This document shows positions 38,751 to 51,757 of a stretch of DNA of 64,000 nt, one piece after another. The notes beneath the pieces were generated by a model. That model was not told the DNA's origin, did not search any database, and worked only from the letters and a program-made list of their open reading frames with translations. Each line of letters starts with the position of its first letter. The stretch's first letter is position 1. The stretch comes from Lama glama (lineage: Eukaryota), in contig CM052817.1 in assembly GCA_028534125.1 (NCBI GenBank), forward strand, positions 38,070,001-38,134,000. The letters run 5' to 3'. A program made the position numbers and the translations under genes.

Positions 38751-41700
38751 CAGATCGTCTCCAAAGGTGACTGTCAATAATTTCTCCCATCCTTATACTT
38801 ACATGCCACTCTTTCATCAAGGAGTCAATTTTTAGTCCCTTTTAATTTAAGCTGGCCTTATGACTTACTTTTGACCAACAGCATTCAGTGGACGTGATAT
38901 TGTGCCAGTTCTGAGCCTCGCCCTTAAGCCCACCCCTTAATAAGCCTCGTAGTTTCCATGCTTATTGTCTGTGAGTCTTGAAACATTGTGTAAAGAGTTC
39001 TAGCAATTGGCTGAAGAGACAAGTCCTGAAGGCATATAAGACTGCAAAGAGAAAGAGAGAGGCCAACCACCTCTCGGCCAGTTCAGCTGGCCCAGCTTAG
39101 GCACCAGACTCGGAAGGAGGCTGTAGGACACTGCGGCTGCACTAGACTGCGGCGAACAACACCACGCAGAACATGTGCAAGGTGTCCCTGTCGAGCAACA
39201 TCCAATTGCAGAATCGGAAAAACCAAAAAAAGTTTGGAGTGGTTTGCTGTGCAGCAACAGATAATTGACATGGTCATTGGCACCAGAAATTTGATGCTGC
39301 TACAGTAAAATCTGACATACATGGTACTGGCTTTGGAACCAGGCAGATTCTGGACAGTCAGTGAGGAAACTATGAGTAAGAGCTGGAAGAGCGATGAGAA
39401 AGTTGCTTTTAGAGGCGAGAGAGAAGTAAATGCTTATCAAGCAGTGGTGAAAAAATTAGCTACACTATTAGCTGCAGTAACTCGGAACACAACAAATGAT
39501 CCTGGTGAGGCTAAAGAAGGAACTGTTCAACTTTGAAGAGTTGAGAGAAACTCCAGTGGCCTCAGGACAGTAGCTCCATGTGGTAAAGGATTCTCAAAGC
39601 AAGAAATGGCCATACAGCCAGGATAAAATCCAGGTGCTGTCCATGAAACATGACCCAAAGGTAGAGACCTTCATGTACCTTTATGTTGGATGTGACTGTG
39701 AAACCCCTTGTTAAAACCTCTGAAAGACGAGGTAACACCTCACAGATTCTCTCACCATTTCAGAAGGATTTAGAAGCATCTTAAGATTGCTTAACAACAC
39801 ACCAACTCATGGACAGCACATGGAAAGGCCTGATGTGAAGAGATATATGGGTGTGACTTCGTCTCAGCAAGTGGAGTGTAATTCGATACCTACAAGTTTT
39901 TTAAAGGAATTATGGCAACTTGGAATAAAAGAGACCATCAGTTCAAAAGGAAGAGAAGCTTTGAGCAAATACCAACCTCTCTAAGCTAAGGAGACAGGCT
40001 GTAGTTTAAGGAAGTTGAAGAGGCTAGTGGCTAGCATTTCTGATGCAGACTGCTGGAAAGGAGAGAGCAAAAAAAAAAAAAAAAAGACTTTTTGAAATCT
40101 ACATGTAGGTCTTCGTGAGTCTATCTAAATACCAAAACAAGCATGCAGAGGGTGCAACACCAGTAGGGCTAAACTAAGAACAACTATCAGAGAATGAACA
40201 ACCACCAGGAATAAGAGAATAGAAGAGAAAAAACAAGGGAGAAAATCAATGACATTAAAACTGGTTCTTTTAAAAGTTTAATGAAATGTATAACACACTA
40301 GCTAGATTAAGGAAAAAAGATGTTACAAATTGCTCATATCATAAGTAAAAGAGGGGAAATCATTAAAGGTCTACAGACATTTCAAAAAAAAAGAAAGGAA
40401 AAAGGGACATGGTGAACAACTTCACAACAATGAATTTGGAAAGTTATATGGACTGAACAAATTTTATTAAAGATACAAATTACCAAATCTGGCACAAGAA
40501 GAATTACAAAAGGTATACCTGAAGTCTTTCCCACAAAGATAACGTCTGGACTTGATGATGTTGCTGGTAAATTTTGCCCAAGACTTATGGAGGAAATAAT
40601 ACAAACTACACACACTCTTTCAGAAAACAGAGGTAGAGGAACACCTTCCAACTAATTCTGAGGCCAGAATTTCTTTGATGACAAAACTAGTCAAAGACAT
40701 TATAAGAAAAGAAATTGATAGGTCAATAGCCCTGGTGGATATAGGTCTAAAACTATCAACAAATCACTTCCAAGTCAGATACAGCAATATATTAAAAGGG
40801 TAATACATTACAACCAAATATGGCTTATCCTAGGAATGCAAAATTGCTTTAACACTTGAAAATCAGCCAGTGCAATTTACTACATTAACATAATACAGAG
40901 GAAGAATCAGATAATTTCTGCAATACATACAAACATAGTGGATTTGATAAAATTCAATTCTCATTCATTATTAAAAGTGTCAGCAGACTAGAAATAAAAG
41001 ATCATTTGCAAACCTGATAAAGGGCATCTACACAAAACCTACAACTACCATCATGCCTCATAGTAAAAGACTGAAAACTCCTCTCCACATGTAAGTATGC
41101 CACTCACTACTATTGCAGAAGAGGTCTTAGCAAGTACAAAAAGTGAAGGAAAGAGAATACAAGGCTTACATATTGAAAAGGAAGAAATAAAACTCTTATT
41201 ATATACAGTCAACGATCTTGTATACAGGAAATCCTAAGGGATCTTAAAAAAAAGAAACTCTCTATCACTCATAAATGAATTTGCCAAGTTTGCAGGACAT
41301 AAGATCTCTCTATAAAAACATCATATTTGTATAATTTAGCAGTGAGTAATTAGAAAATTAAATATAAAACAATTATTATTTGTAGGAACATTTATAAACA
41401 TTAAATACTTAAGGATAAATTTAACAAAATGGAGTAAGATTTTACATTGAAAATTATGAAACATTGTTGAAATACAAAAAGGTCTAGTGAAATGTAGAGA
41501 TGGGCTGTGTTCATTAATTAGAAGATTTCATATTTTTAAGATATTAATTTTCTCCTAATTGATTTCTAGGTTCAATGAAATTTCTTTCAAAATCCTAATA
41601 GGCTTGTTTGTAGAAATTGACAAGCTTATACTAATTTTATAGAGATATAAATAACCTAGAATGTTTTTTAAAAAATCTTGAAAACAAAGTTAGAGGATTT

Positions 41701-42210
41701 ACCCCACTTGATTTTTAGACTTTAAAGAGGTAGTGATTTTCTCCTAAAACAGTCTCCTACAGATCTTTCCTCCTCTGTGTATGCCTGCCGCTTCTTTCCA
41801 TTAAGTTCAGGAGTTTATTTTCCTTCCCCTTGAATCCAGGCTGGCCCCTTTTTTGTGACTTGCTTTGACCAATGCAATGTTTACAAGCTTCTAGCCTCAC
41901 TCGGAATCCTCAACCATCATGTTAATGGGTCTGACTAATCTCTAGAGATAAAGGTCGCATGAAGGGAAGCTCTACTGGATGTGAGACTACAAAGAGAGAG
42001 AGCAAGGACCACGCAGCCTCCAGCCATTTTAGTCACCTCAGATAGGGCTCCAGATGTGTGAATGAAGTCATCTTGGATCCATGCGTAGGAGAAATGCGCA
42101 CACTCTGGCCAAGTCCTGCCTAAGTTGCCGATTTCCGAGCAAATGATTGGTTGTTATTGCTTATGCTGTAAAGTTCAGGGGTGGTTCAATACACCATTGT
42201 AGAAACCGGA
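38750..42210 (+). mobile_element. MaLR (MLT1-type) proviral remnant: LTR about 38750-39270, internal about 39270-40060, second LTR about 41730-42210, interrupted by L1
   Basis: Both LTRs carry ctggcc..tgactt(a/g)ctttgaccaa and end gg(g)gtggtt..t..gca.ca.taga.aac. Internal sequence begins ttggcaccagaaat...tggtactggctttggaacc. Confidence 0.7.
40200..41730 (+). mobile_element. Decayed L1 ORF2 (reverse transcriptase region) fragment
   Basis: aaaatcaatga..aaaactggttcttt, tgaggccagaatt..ctttgat..caaaactag, tcctaggaatgcaaaattgctttaaca, atttgataaaattcaa. Many stops and frameshifts. Confidence 0.88.
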
Positions 42211-44695
42211 AACCGTGAGTGACTCTTTTTCTCCACGTTGGTTAGCAACGTTATCATGTCGCCACGTTGTGTCTGACGCTGAAATACCCTTTGCTACTCT
42301 TGTCTGTAGATTTTCTAGTAAACAGGTAGTTATGTTAACTACACTTCAAAGACTAAAAGATGAGGAAATGTTTACACAACATGAAATTAATAAAAATATC
42401 TTTCTGATTAAATTTCTGATTATAAAAGTAATGGACGCTTACTGAATTTATAGTATTAAAAAGAGAATATCACCCATTATTTCATAAAATTAATGTTTAT
42501 CTTTGGCTATATTTTCTTCAGTCTGTATGTATTGATGCATTTTATACAAAACAAATACATTTTTCATGTTTAGGATCATATTTTATATGAAGTCGCATAA
42601 TATTTCATTGTCAGCCTATAGTTATCAAGAAACAATTGCTTATAGGGCACATCTCTTCTTATAGGTACCCTAAAATATATTAAGCATCCTCCCATTCTCA
42701 CATAGTAGCAGGGATCTGCTAAAAGAACCAAATTTTAAATACCTCTATCAAAAGAATTTTTAATATATAAACTTTGCTATCAATATCACCTGACATATTT
42801 AAGCCATATGTAAATATAAAGAAAAAGGATCATTGAAATTTATCAGTAATTTATCAATGTCACATGAAGTTCCTCATAGAGGATGTTGCTTACCCCATAA
42901 TGTGGTAGTTTATTATACAGAGCTCACAGACAAACGATTTTCGAATTTTGGAACAAAAAACTGCATTTCTCCTAGGTAAACCATTGTTTATGTCTTGCAG
43001 TCAGGTCTGAATTATAGAACTACTAATCTTTTTTCTTTTTACTTTTCAAAATATACCATAAGAAATGTGGCTCCCCAACCAAAACTGTATCTACATTTTT
43101 AAATTTGTTCTTTGACCCTAATTTTGAATTCATTTCTTTACCTCCACATTTAATTTTTCTCTCTCAGAGGTAATTTATGAATCTTTATAAACTGTCTGTA
43201 ATACTTTTTGTAAAAAGGTGGTATTTTTATCAATTAATTTATCTTGTCTTATTTTTCCATTTATCATTATATAATTAGTATTTTTTCCACAATTTTAATA
43301 ACTATACAAGGCTTTATCATATTAACCACAATCTACTGCTAAAGATAATAGATTGGTGTTCATTTTAACTATTACAAAAATCTTATAAGTAACTTTGCAC
43401 TTCAGTTTTTTCCATATATCTGATTTTTTTAGGGCTGGACTTTCCTGCTTAAAGGGAAATTTCTTTAGAGAGAACTATGACGATGTTCTCTAACCATCAG
43501 GGTGCCTACCTCAACACACCTTGCTAGCATTGAGTAGTATCACTGTTCAGGATTTTGTTAACGTGACCAGAAAAGGGCATCGAATGAGTTAACATCAATT
43601 TTTTGGATTATAAACACAAGCCCATAATCTCAATGATGCTTATCTCCTATCATGTACTCAAGAGTCTTCTAGTCTATCTGTTCTGTAGATCTGTATCTAT
43701 CCATGTCATAACTCTATGCGTCCAAAAAGAAATACTACTTAGTAGGCAATTTTTAATTTTCAAGTATCAAAAATATTCTTATCCACAAAGTCTAATACTG
43801 AGAATCTCTCCTAAGAAAGTAATCCAAAACTAGAAAATATTTATATGAAAGTATACCCACTACAACATTATTTATAATAGTGAAAACACCACAACATAAA
43901 TGTCCAGCATTACTGAAACAGTTCTGAACAATATACCTGTAGAGTAAAATATAGTTATTAAAAATTATGCTTATGGAGGTTGCCAATGATCAGATGTCAA
44001 ATTAGAATATGTTGAAATAAAAGCGTATTTTTCAACTGTTGATATGAAAAAACTCTGCTACAAATGTTGAATTAATAGTATCAGGATAAAAGGCTTTTTT
44101 TCTACTGAATTAAAAAAACCGAAGAGAAGGAGGTAACTCGCAAAATATTATCAGCGTTCCACCGAATTAGTGGAGTTATGGATGCTTTGAGCATTCTTTC
44201 TCTGGAACTTCCATTACTTCCTGAATTTTACCATGCTATATTCCTCTCTTTGTTTCCTCCCAAATCTATTCTAAATTCAGGTGGAGATATATATTTTAAA
44301 ATATAATGCTTTTAATTACATTGCCAATATAACAATCTCTGTTATCAATACTTTTAATATCGCTTAGCTGAAAGGATTCAAAAAACATCAAACAAAAGAA
44401 GACTCTTGTTTTAAAAATTCACTTTTCCAATGCAAAAGTTTAACACAGGTTTAATTTAGGACCAAAGGAAAAGATTAAATAATAATTTGGCGGGGTATGG
44501 CAGAAAAAGATATCTAAAGTATCAAGTTCTTGATTCTGTAGCTTAACAAAACCAATCCGTCTTTGTGAGGCCATATGATGCATCTTCTAAACTGTTATGG
44601 CATCAATTAAGGTTATGCCATCTCAGCTCACTACAACCTTTCAGCTGAGTTTGAGTGTCTCACTAAAGGATGGTTAGTACAGTCTTGAATCCTAC

Positions 44696-44903
44696 CTGTC
44701 AAATGACGGCTTCTCTCCACAGTCGAAGGCATCCTGCAACTCCTTGACAAGGTTAGCCTGGCCTGGCAGTCGGAAGAGGCCCTCTTCCTTTAGCCCCCTT
44801 TGTCGGATAAAGTCCACACACTGCTCCACCAACATGGGAGCCAGGCGGTTCCCATATCTCTTCTCATAACGGACAGTATCTTCCAGTTTTTGTCCAAAAA
44901 TGC
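44696..44903 (-). CDS. ARHGAP24: ARHGAP24 (FilGAP) RhoGAP-domain exon, [69 protein letters not shown](S)
   Basis: 208-bp exon with acceptor tttatttctccag| and donor |gtagga. Contains the GLFRLPG arginine-finger motif. Synteny with MAPK10 distinguishes it from ARHGAP22/25. Confidence 0.95.
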
Positions 44904-46379
44904 CTGGAGAAATAAAAGATCACGATGAATTTGAGAAATTCATTTCTTTCCACTTTGTTGCTTTCTTTTAAAACTTGAAAAAAAAAGCAAAGATTGGAAT
45001 GCTAGTATTTTACAGTTGGTACTTCACGTTATTAAATAATTAAATTCATTATCTACAATTTCTTCAAATGATGCCCTTCCCCTTGTATTCCATATTTAGC
45101 CCAAAACTGAAATGGAAATATGGAGTTTGAGACATCCACTTTGAAAGAAGAAATGTTGCAATAAATATAATTTTCACTTTAGGACTTTCTCTGATTTTTT
45201 TTCCCTTTTGGGAAAGAAACTGTATTCAAAAACTTAAAAGCAAAAATATTCTGTAGATAACAGTCAAATTCCACTTTTGCTACAAATGTAACTTTATGTC
45301 CAATTTTCATTTAGCTTAAATATTGTTTATTTTTCTTTTCACCTTTTGTTTTCAATCAAGTGATGATGCCATGATTATAATCAAGGTGAAAAAAACCATG
45401 AAAAGAAATGCAGAATTTTCATCCATATAAAATGTTTCAGATAGTGTTTGCTCCTTCAAATCTTAAACTATTAATTTATTTGAAAGGGAAAGATTCAAAT
45501 TACGAAGCAGTGCATATCAAAAGTGAGGAGGTCGGGCCACGGTTGTTTGCCCTCGCAGGTAGGTATATTTGACTACACATTGTCTAGAATTACCAGCATG
45601 CGGTGGTAATAAAAATCAAAACAATTTTGATCGACACTACATTGTAAAATTATCATAAATCAATAACATGTTAAAAAAATTTTGATCAGTTTTATTAATA
45701 ATTTTTAAATACCTACAGTTGATGCATTTCTCAGTGCATGAATCTGGGGGATGAACATTCCCACCAGTCCCACTGGGACCCCCTTGATTAGAAAGCAATG
45801 TCTCTGAAATATATTAATATCAGCTGATAGCTTGGAAAAATAATCAACCGATTAGAAAAGAGGGGAGAAAGAGCCAAAGCAAATATGATTCTAATGTTCC
45901 CAGATGGGATGAATATTACTAAAAGGTTTTAATGGTCTAATGAGTTTCATAAAAGGGGAAAAAATTAGTGTTGCATGTTGAAACTATGTAAGACTCCAGT
46001 GTTTGAGGAATTATTTCAAAATCATTAGGTTCAGAATTTAACAATAAGAAATATGCTTTTCCTTTCTATCTGTAAAATAATTTATGTATGGATCAGTAGT
46101 GCAAAACTATCACATTCCAAGCAATGAACACTGGCTACCAGAGAGAATATTCTTAGCCTAGCTAGAAACAATAGCACAGCAGGCAACCAAACTATTCTAC
46201 ACCCGGTACCAAACCTAGCACTAATGGAATACATATGTTCCTTTTAGGGAAAAAAGTTGAGTGATCTAATATTAATATTCAAGTGCATATAAAACAAAAT
46301 TAGAAATTAGCTTAGTCTGTAGACTTTGGAATAAGCAGTTTGTTGATAATGGTGTGTTAAATGTTGTCCCCTAACTCGG

Positions 46380-46780
46380 CAGACATTCACGTCCCTATTT
46401 TCTATTGTCATTTTCATTTTAGAGGCTAGGGAATTAAAGACTTCTCCCACTTCCCAAGAGTCTTCTGGAGTCTCTAGGAAGACTTGTTTTTCTTGATGAA
46501 AGAGAAAGACATAGCTGGAATTGCCAATCACTCCTTTTTCTCATCTTGAACTTGGACATGCTACCTGTTGAACTAAGAGACATCTTTTGACCACTAGGCA
46601 ACAACCACAAGGAAAAGACGGAAAGATTCGCAGAGACAATGGGGCTGAGATCATCAAACCACTGACCCAATACCAGCAGCACCTTCTTCCAGATTTTTTT
46701 TTAATGTGAGAAAAACAAGCTCCTGTCTATTTAAGCCACTCTATGCTGGGTTTCCCGTTACTTCCCGCAACGCTGAATTC
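46380..46780 (+). mobile_element. Old MLT1-type (J/K-like) LTR remnant
   Basis: 3' part reads tgtgagaaaaacaagctcctgtctatttaagccactctatgctgggtttcccgttact. Confidence 0.6.
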
Positions 46781-47379
46781 TGTATAAAGTGGTGATAATG
46801 ATTTTGAAGCTCTTCTCGTGTTTTAATAACAAAGCTTGAAAATTGATTCTGAATAAGGAATACTGACTCTTTTTCTGTGGAGTTCTTTGACGCTTATTTG
46901 CTTGGGATATTTGGATTCTATCCTGACAAAATTAGGAGGTAGCCTTTCACAGGCATTTATAGATTATCATTAAAAATAATTTTAACATTTGAGAATAAAT
47001 CTTCTATATCTGTGATTTTTCACTTATTGTTTTGGATTGATATATTACAGAAGGTTTTTCCCTAAATCCAGCAGAAAATCTACCAAGATGCTCTAGTTCA
47101 ACCTCTATGTGCACTACAAATGAGAACCAAACTTCCAAGATTTGATTTTATGCAGTAACGAAAAACAGTCAAACATTCTTTTCTTAGCTCAAGATTTCTT
47201 TTTTCTCAACAACTCAGGGAGGTGATAAAGGAAGCAGTAAATTTTTCTATAGATGGGCATTCTGGTTTTTTTCTTTTTTTCTTTTTTCCTTGTACATAAA
47301 GTCTTGACTACATGATAAGAATTTTCTTAAGAAGTATAGCAAGAAACTAAAAGCCATAAGTCTTAACAGCCTTTCAAGT

Positions 47380-47950
47380 ATTAGGTACCGATTATGTACT
47401 AAGTCTTTGACATATATTTTCTCATTTTCATAATAAGTATGTAAGGTAACTATTTTATACCTGAGGAAATTGGGCTCAGAGAGGTTAAATAAATCACCTA
47501 AGGTTCGTTACACAGCACCAAGTGGCAGAATGGAAATCCATATTCCAGATTTAGTCGGCCTTAAAACCTTGGCTCATTCCTGAATACCTGTCCTCTTCAG
47601 TTTTATTTAATCACAAGTATCATGTGTCCCCATCTTCTAGTAATTTACAATATTAGTAAATTCTCAAAGTGAAGAAAATAGCATATCTTTTCTGTGCTCT
47701 AAAAAAACGATAATAGCTAAGCTGTATTTCTGTGTGCCAGGCATGGGTACAAGCAGTTTATCTGTATTTCTATCATTTAAAATTCACAGCATTCTATGAG
47801 ATAGGCATCACCATTTTACTAAGGAGACTGAAGCACAGAATGGTTAAGCAACTTGCTGAATGTTACATGGCTGGTAAATGGGGCAGCCAGGATTTGATCA
47901 AGTCTGTTAAATTTCAGAGTTATTGTGTGTCTATTACACAATACTGCATA
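47380..47950 (-). mobile_element. Two MIR SINE remnants (about 47380-47590 and 47710-47950)
   Basis: tgaggaaattgggctcagagaggttaaataaatcacctaagg and gagactgaagcacagaatggttaagcaacttgc. Confidence 0.7.
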
Positions 47951-49861
47951 GTGCGCATAACAGCTGGAAATTTAAGTTACAGAGGAAGAAACCTGCCTCT
48001 TACTAGCTTTCTGACCTCAATTCCTGTCATCACACGAGGAGGGGTGATTTCTGTTGGGAAAATGCAAATCTGGGGGAAAGTCAGGAAAAAAAGAAGGAAA
48101 AAACTGAACATTTATTTAACTTTCTGCCCAACGAAATAATTTCCTTGACATAAAGAGCCATGCCTATTTAGAAATATAATATGTAAAAGAGTTAAAGCAT
48201 GTAGACAATATGTAAGTATGCTAGAAATTCATGCTGCAAAATAGTAGCTTTCTGCTGTTTACCTGGTCTCATAAAGGATTAGATGTACACTTCCCATTTT
48301 GTAGCATTGGAAATAGGGTGTCCTGAAAATCTTTGATTTACAAAGGTAGATGGTGAGTTAACTTCCTGTATGATAATATTTTTTTTGTATGTGGAAAGTT
48401 AGGGGGAAATTCTTTTTTAAAGCTGCTTCATTTAGAATTTTCCTTGAGGGAGCAGTGAAACTTCAAATTTTAAAATTAACAAAATAAGCATAAAGGTCAT
48501 GAGCTATCCCCAGCTAGCAGCATGGAGAAAAGGGCACATTGATTAGTAAATTATTAACAAGACTCTCCCTATGGTATGAGTCATGCAAACAGTTCCAGTT
48601 ATGTTCATCTAAACTCCCAGGAAGGTTTCACACTCCCTGACAAAACCATCTTTGAAATTTCTGGGTGACAATGGTACGTTATGCCTACTTCCCCCGGAGG
48701 TACACCGATGGTGTCATAAAGCGTCAGCCAGGACACGACTTTTCACTGGACTGAGCAAGTAAATCACACAGGTGATTTTATTATACCTGTGGGAGGTTGT
48801 TTCAGCTGCAAGGAGAGAGAGGGAGAAAGAGAGGGGAAAAAAAAAGAAAATCTAAATATCTTTAGGATTTGGGAGGTTCCTCCTTTATGTGTGATTTATA
48901 CACTCAATAGCTAGAAGCAGCCTATGACGTTATTGAGTGTGACCAGATAAATATATTCAAATCCTATCCATCTCCAAAAGTAAACAACTACAAAGCCAAA
49001 CATTTGGACTCTCTGTGACTTTAATTATTCACTTTGCACCTTGATTTCCAACCAAGGACAACTCTGGCTCCGTTTGATCACTTTCTGTCTTCTTGCCAAT
49101 CTGTTACAATGTGACCCCTGACATCGTCATTCCATTAAAAGAGCTTTTTCCTATAATTACCAATAACTACCTTGTTGTCAAGTCACTGACCGTAAACTTT
49201 ACTTTTTATATTACCTTATGGCTCACTCCCTTTAACACTATCGGTCTCATTCTTCCTGACACTCTCTCATGTTATATAATTCTTGCCTTCCAGAATACCC
49301 TTCTCAATCTCCTTCTTAACTATGGAAACTACTACACCCTTCACATAAGTTTGCTGGTCCTCTGGATTCTGTCCTCAGCCCTATTTTTGCCTCTGCTTGA
49401 CACAACTTCTTTGTTGGACTCCAATTATATTATATATTGTTGGACAGTATAACAATTATTCCCGGATTTGTATCTCAATCTGGGCCTCCCTTATGATTTC
49501 TTGCATTGGATTTTTGAGTGCCCGTTAGACCCCTCAACATGAACACTCAGACTCATACTCAGACTCAAAATTTCTAGAACTGTGTAAATAATCTGTCTTC
49601 AAAACCTATTGTACTTTCTATAATTCTGATTTTGGTTACCAGCACCAGTTATCCCCACAAAAACATTAAGTGCTGTCTAAGAGTCAACCTAGATTGCTCC
49701 TTCCTTCACAACCGTCATTTAATCACCATGTTGGTCCCTATTTTCCTTCCAGACTCACTGCCACTACATTGGACTAGATCCTCAATATTTTTTAACAGAC
49801 TGTTACAGAGCAGAGTTCCCAGTTCAGGCAAGTGTTCCCATAATAAGCTTCATAATATTTA

Positions 49862-50129
49862 TTTTATTTTATTTTATTTTAAGAATTTATTTATTGATAT
49901 TGTTAAATATATATGACAGTATGAGAAATAATTTAAAACAATAGGAAGGAAAACCCTATAGCTGCACTTCCGTAAATACTCTTAGCATTATGTTATAGTT
50001 CCTACCAGTCTTTTTAATGTCTGTTTTTAAATTTTTTTCGTAATTAATTAATTAAAAAATTTTTATTTTATTGAGTTGTAGTCAATTTACAATGTTGTGT
50101 CAATTTCCAGTGTAGAACACAATTTTCAG
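49862..50129 (-). mobile_element. 5'-truncated L1 3' end with probable 3' transduction and 12-bp TSD
   Basis: TSD tcataatattta at 49850-49861 and 50130-50141. On -: L1 3' terminus (tgactgaaaattgtgttctacactggaaattgacacaacattgtaaattgactacaactcaataaa), A-rich tail, about 150 bp extra sequence, AATAAA, second (AAAAT)n tail. Confidence 0.72.
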
Positions 50130-50370
50130 TCATAATATTTAAATCAGATCACGCCACTCCCTTGTTTCATTTTTTCCAATGGTGCCCACTGGCCAACTCC
50201 ATTCTAGGAACTACAAAGTCTCCACAAACTGATCTCCGCCTCTTTATCCACCATGCAATCAACAGATGTTTAGGGAGCACCCATTGTGTGCCAGGCACCG
50301 TGCCACATCCACCCTCATCACTGTGCTTCCTCATAGACAACATGCTCTCTAACTATATTGAACTGTGTGT

Positions 50371-50478
50371 GGGGAGGGATAGCTCAGTGGTAGGATGCAT
50401 GCTTAGCATGAACAAGGTCCTGGGTTCAATTCCCAGTAACTCCATTACAAAAATAAATAAATAAATCTAATTCCCCCC
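50371..50478 (+). mobile_element. tRNA-Ala-derived SINE (camelid vic-1-like) with 12-bp TSD
   Basis: A-box tagctcagtgg, B-box ggttcaattcc, (AAAT)n tail. TSD tgaactgtgtgt at 50359-50370 and 50479-50490. Confidence 0.88.
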
Positions 50479-50955
50479 TGAACTGTGTGTTGTTTCCTAA
50501 ATGTACTATGACGTACCGTATCTTCAGGCATCCCAGAAGGTAGGTCCTACTGTCCTGAACGAGTTTAGGAAAACTTATGCTGCAGAATTTAACTCGTATC
50601 ATCTCCTGTGTTAAGCCTTCACTAACCCCCACCTCAGACACAAACTTGATATGTTTCTTCTTTGAATTCTTAACATATTGCTTTGTACTAATTTACTTAG
50701 ATGCCTATCCATACTGGACTAGTCCCCCACCAATCAAGAAAGGATTGTACTTTCACAATTATTAGGATGAAATAGTCATTTTGCTTATCATTTACTATTA
50801 TAAATAATATTGGATAACAGTTTATACTATTTGTTTATCCTATAAACTTCAGAGAGGTTTAGGTAAATTTCCTAAGGAGCTACAGTCACAAGGACCAAAC
50901 TGGGATTTGTGCCAGACGTGAAGGACTCCACAGCTCATACTCTGTCCTACCACAG

Positions 50956-51323
50956 TGCATGGTCTGAATGCCTGTGTCCCTTCCAAATTCCTGTGTGGAA
51001 TATCTAATGTCTCTGGTGATGGTATTAGGAGGTGGCAACCTTTGAAAGGTAATGAGGTTATGAGTGCAGAGCCCTCATGAGTAGGATTATTACCCTTAAA
51101 AAGGGGACCCTACAGCCCTCTCTCACTCCTTCCCTTTCTGCCTCTTGAGAATATAACAGTAAGTTGACAGTCTGCACCCCAGAAGAGGGCTCTCACCAGA
51201 ATCCAGCCACACCGGTCTGATCTCAGACTTCCAGCCTCTGGAACTGTGAGAAATAAATTTCTGTTGTTTAGAAGCCACCCAGTCTGTGGCATTTTGTTAT
51301 AGCAGCCCAAATGGACTAAGACA
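50956..51323 (+). mobile_element. MLT1A/B-type MaLR solo LTR
   Basis: tg..tggtctgaatg..tgtgtcccttccaaattc...tgtgagaaataaatttctgttgttt...gcagcccaaatggactaagaca (TG...CA ends). Confidence 0.88.
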
Positions 51324-51757
51324 CATAAGCAAAATCTCCTGCTCCCTGGAACTTCATACCAAAGAGGGTAAGGATTATGTGTTCCATAATGATTTGTGGA
51401 ATTAATGAATGCATTAAAACAAAATACTTCACCTCCTCAATTATAGGAAATAAATGAATAATGCCAATGTGAAATGAAACACATCAACAGTTCTCAGGTT
51501 GTGGCATTGATTTCTATAAAAACCTGGAAAAAAACTGTCTTTGATTTGTTGATGAAAAGGGCAGAGGTTAAACAACTTCTCAGTTGTTACCTGAATTCTC
51601 TACTATCAGTTATTTTTCAGTTTCCTGTCCCTTCCATCCTATAGGTTACATGCTAAGCCATGTAGAGAATGTGTTTTTACTTATCCTTGTGCTTAATGCA
51701 ACCCTGCTAGCAGAATAAGTCTTGGTGTCGCCAGGATTGCAATAATTTTCACTTAAA

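Larger units (their letters stand above)
49030..50760 (+). mobile_element. LINE-2 remnant interrupted by a young L1 insertion and a SINE
   Basis: L2-like blocks on both sides of the inserts, e.g. aaatcagatcacgccactcccttg at 50141. Confidence 0.6.

Noticed and set aside
40200..41730. Active reverse transcriptase gene
   Set aside because: L1 ORF2 remnant riddled with stops and frameshifts.
50371..50445. Possible tRNA-Ala gene
   Set aside because: Degenerate stems, (AAAT)n tail and perfect TSD indicate a SINE copy, not a functional tRNA.
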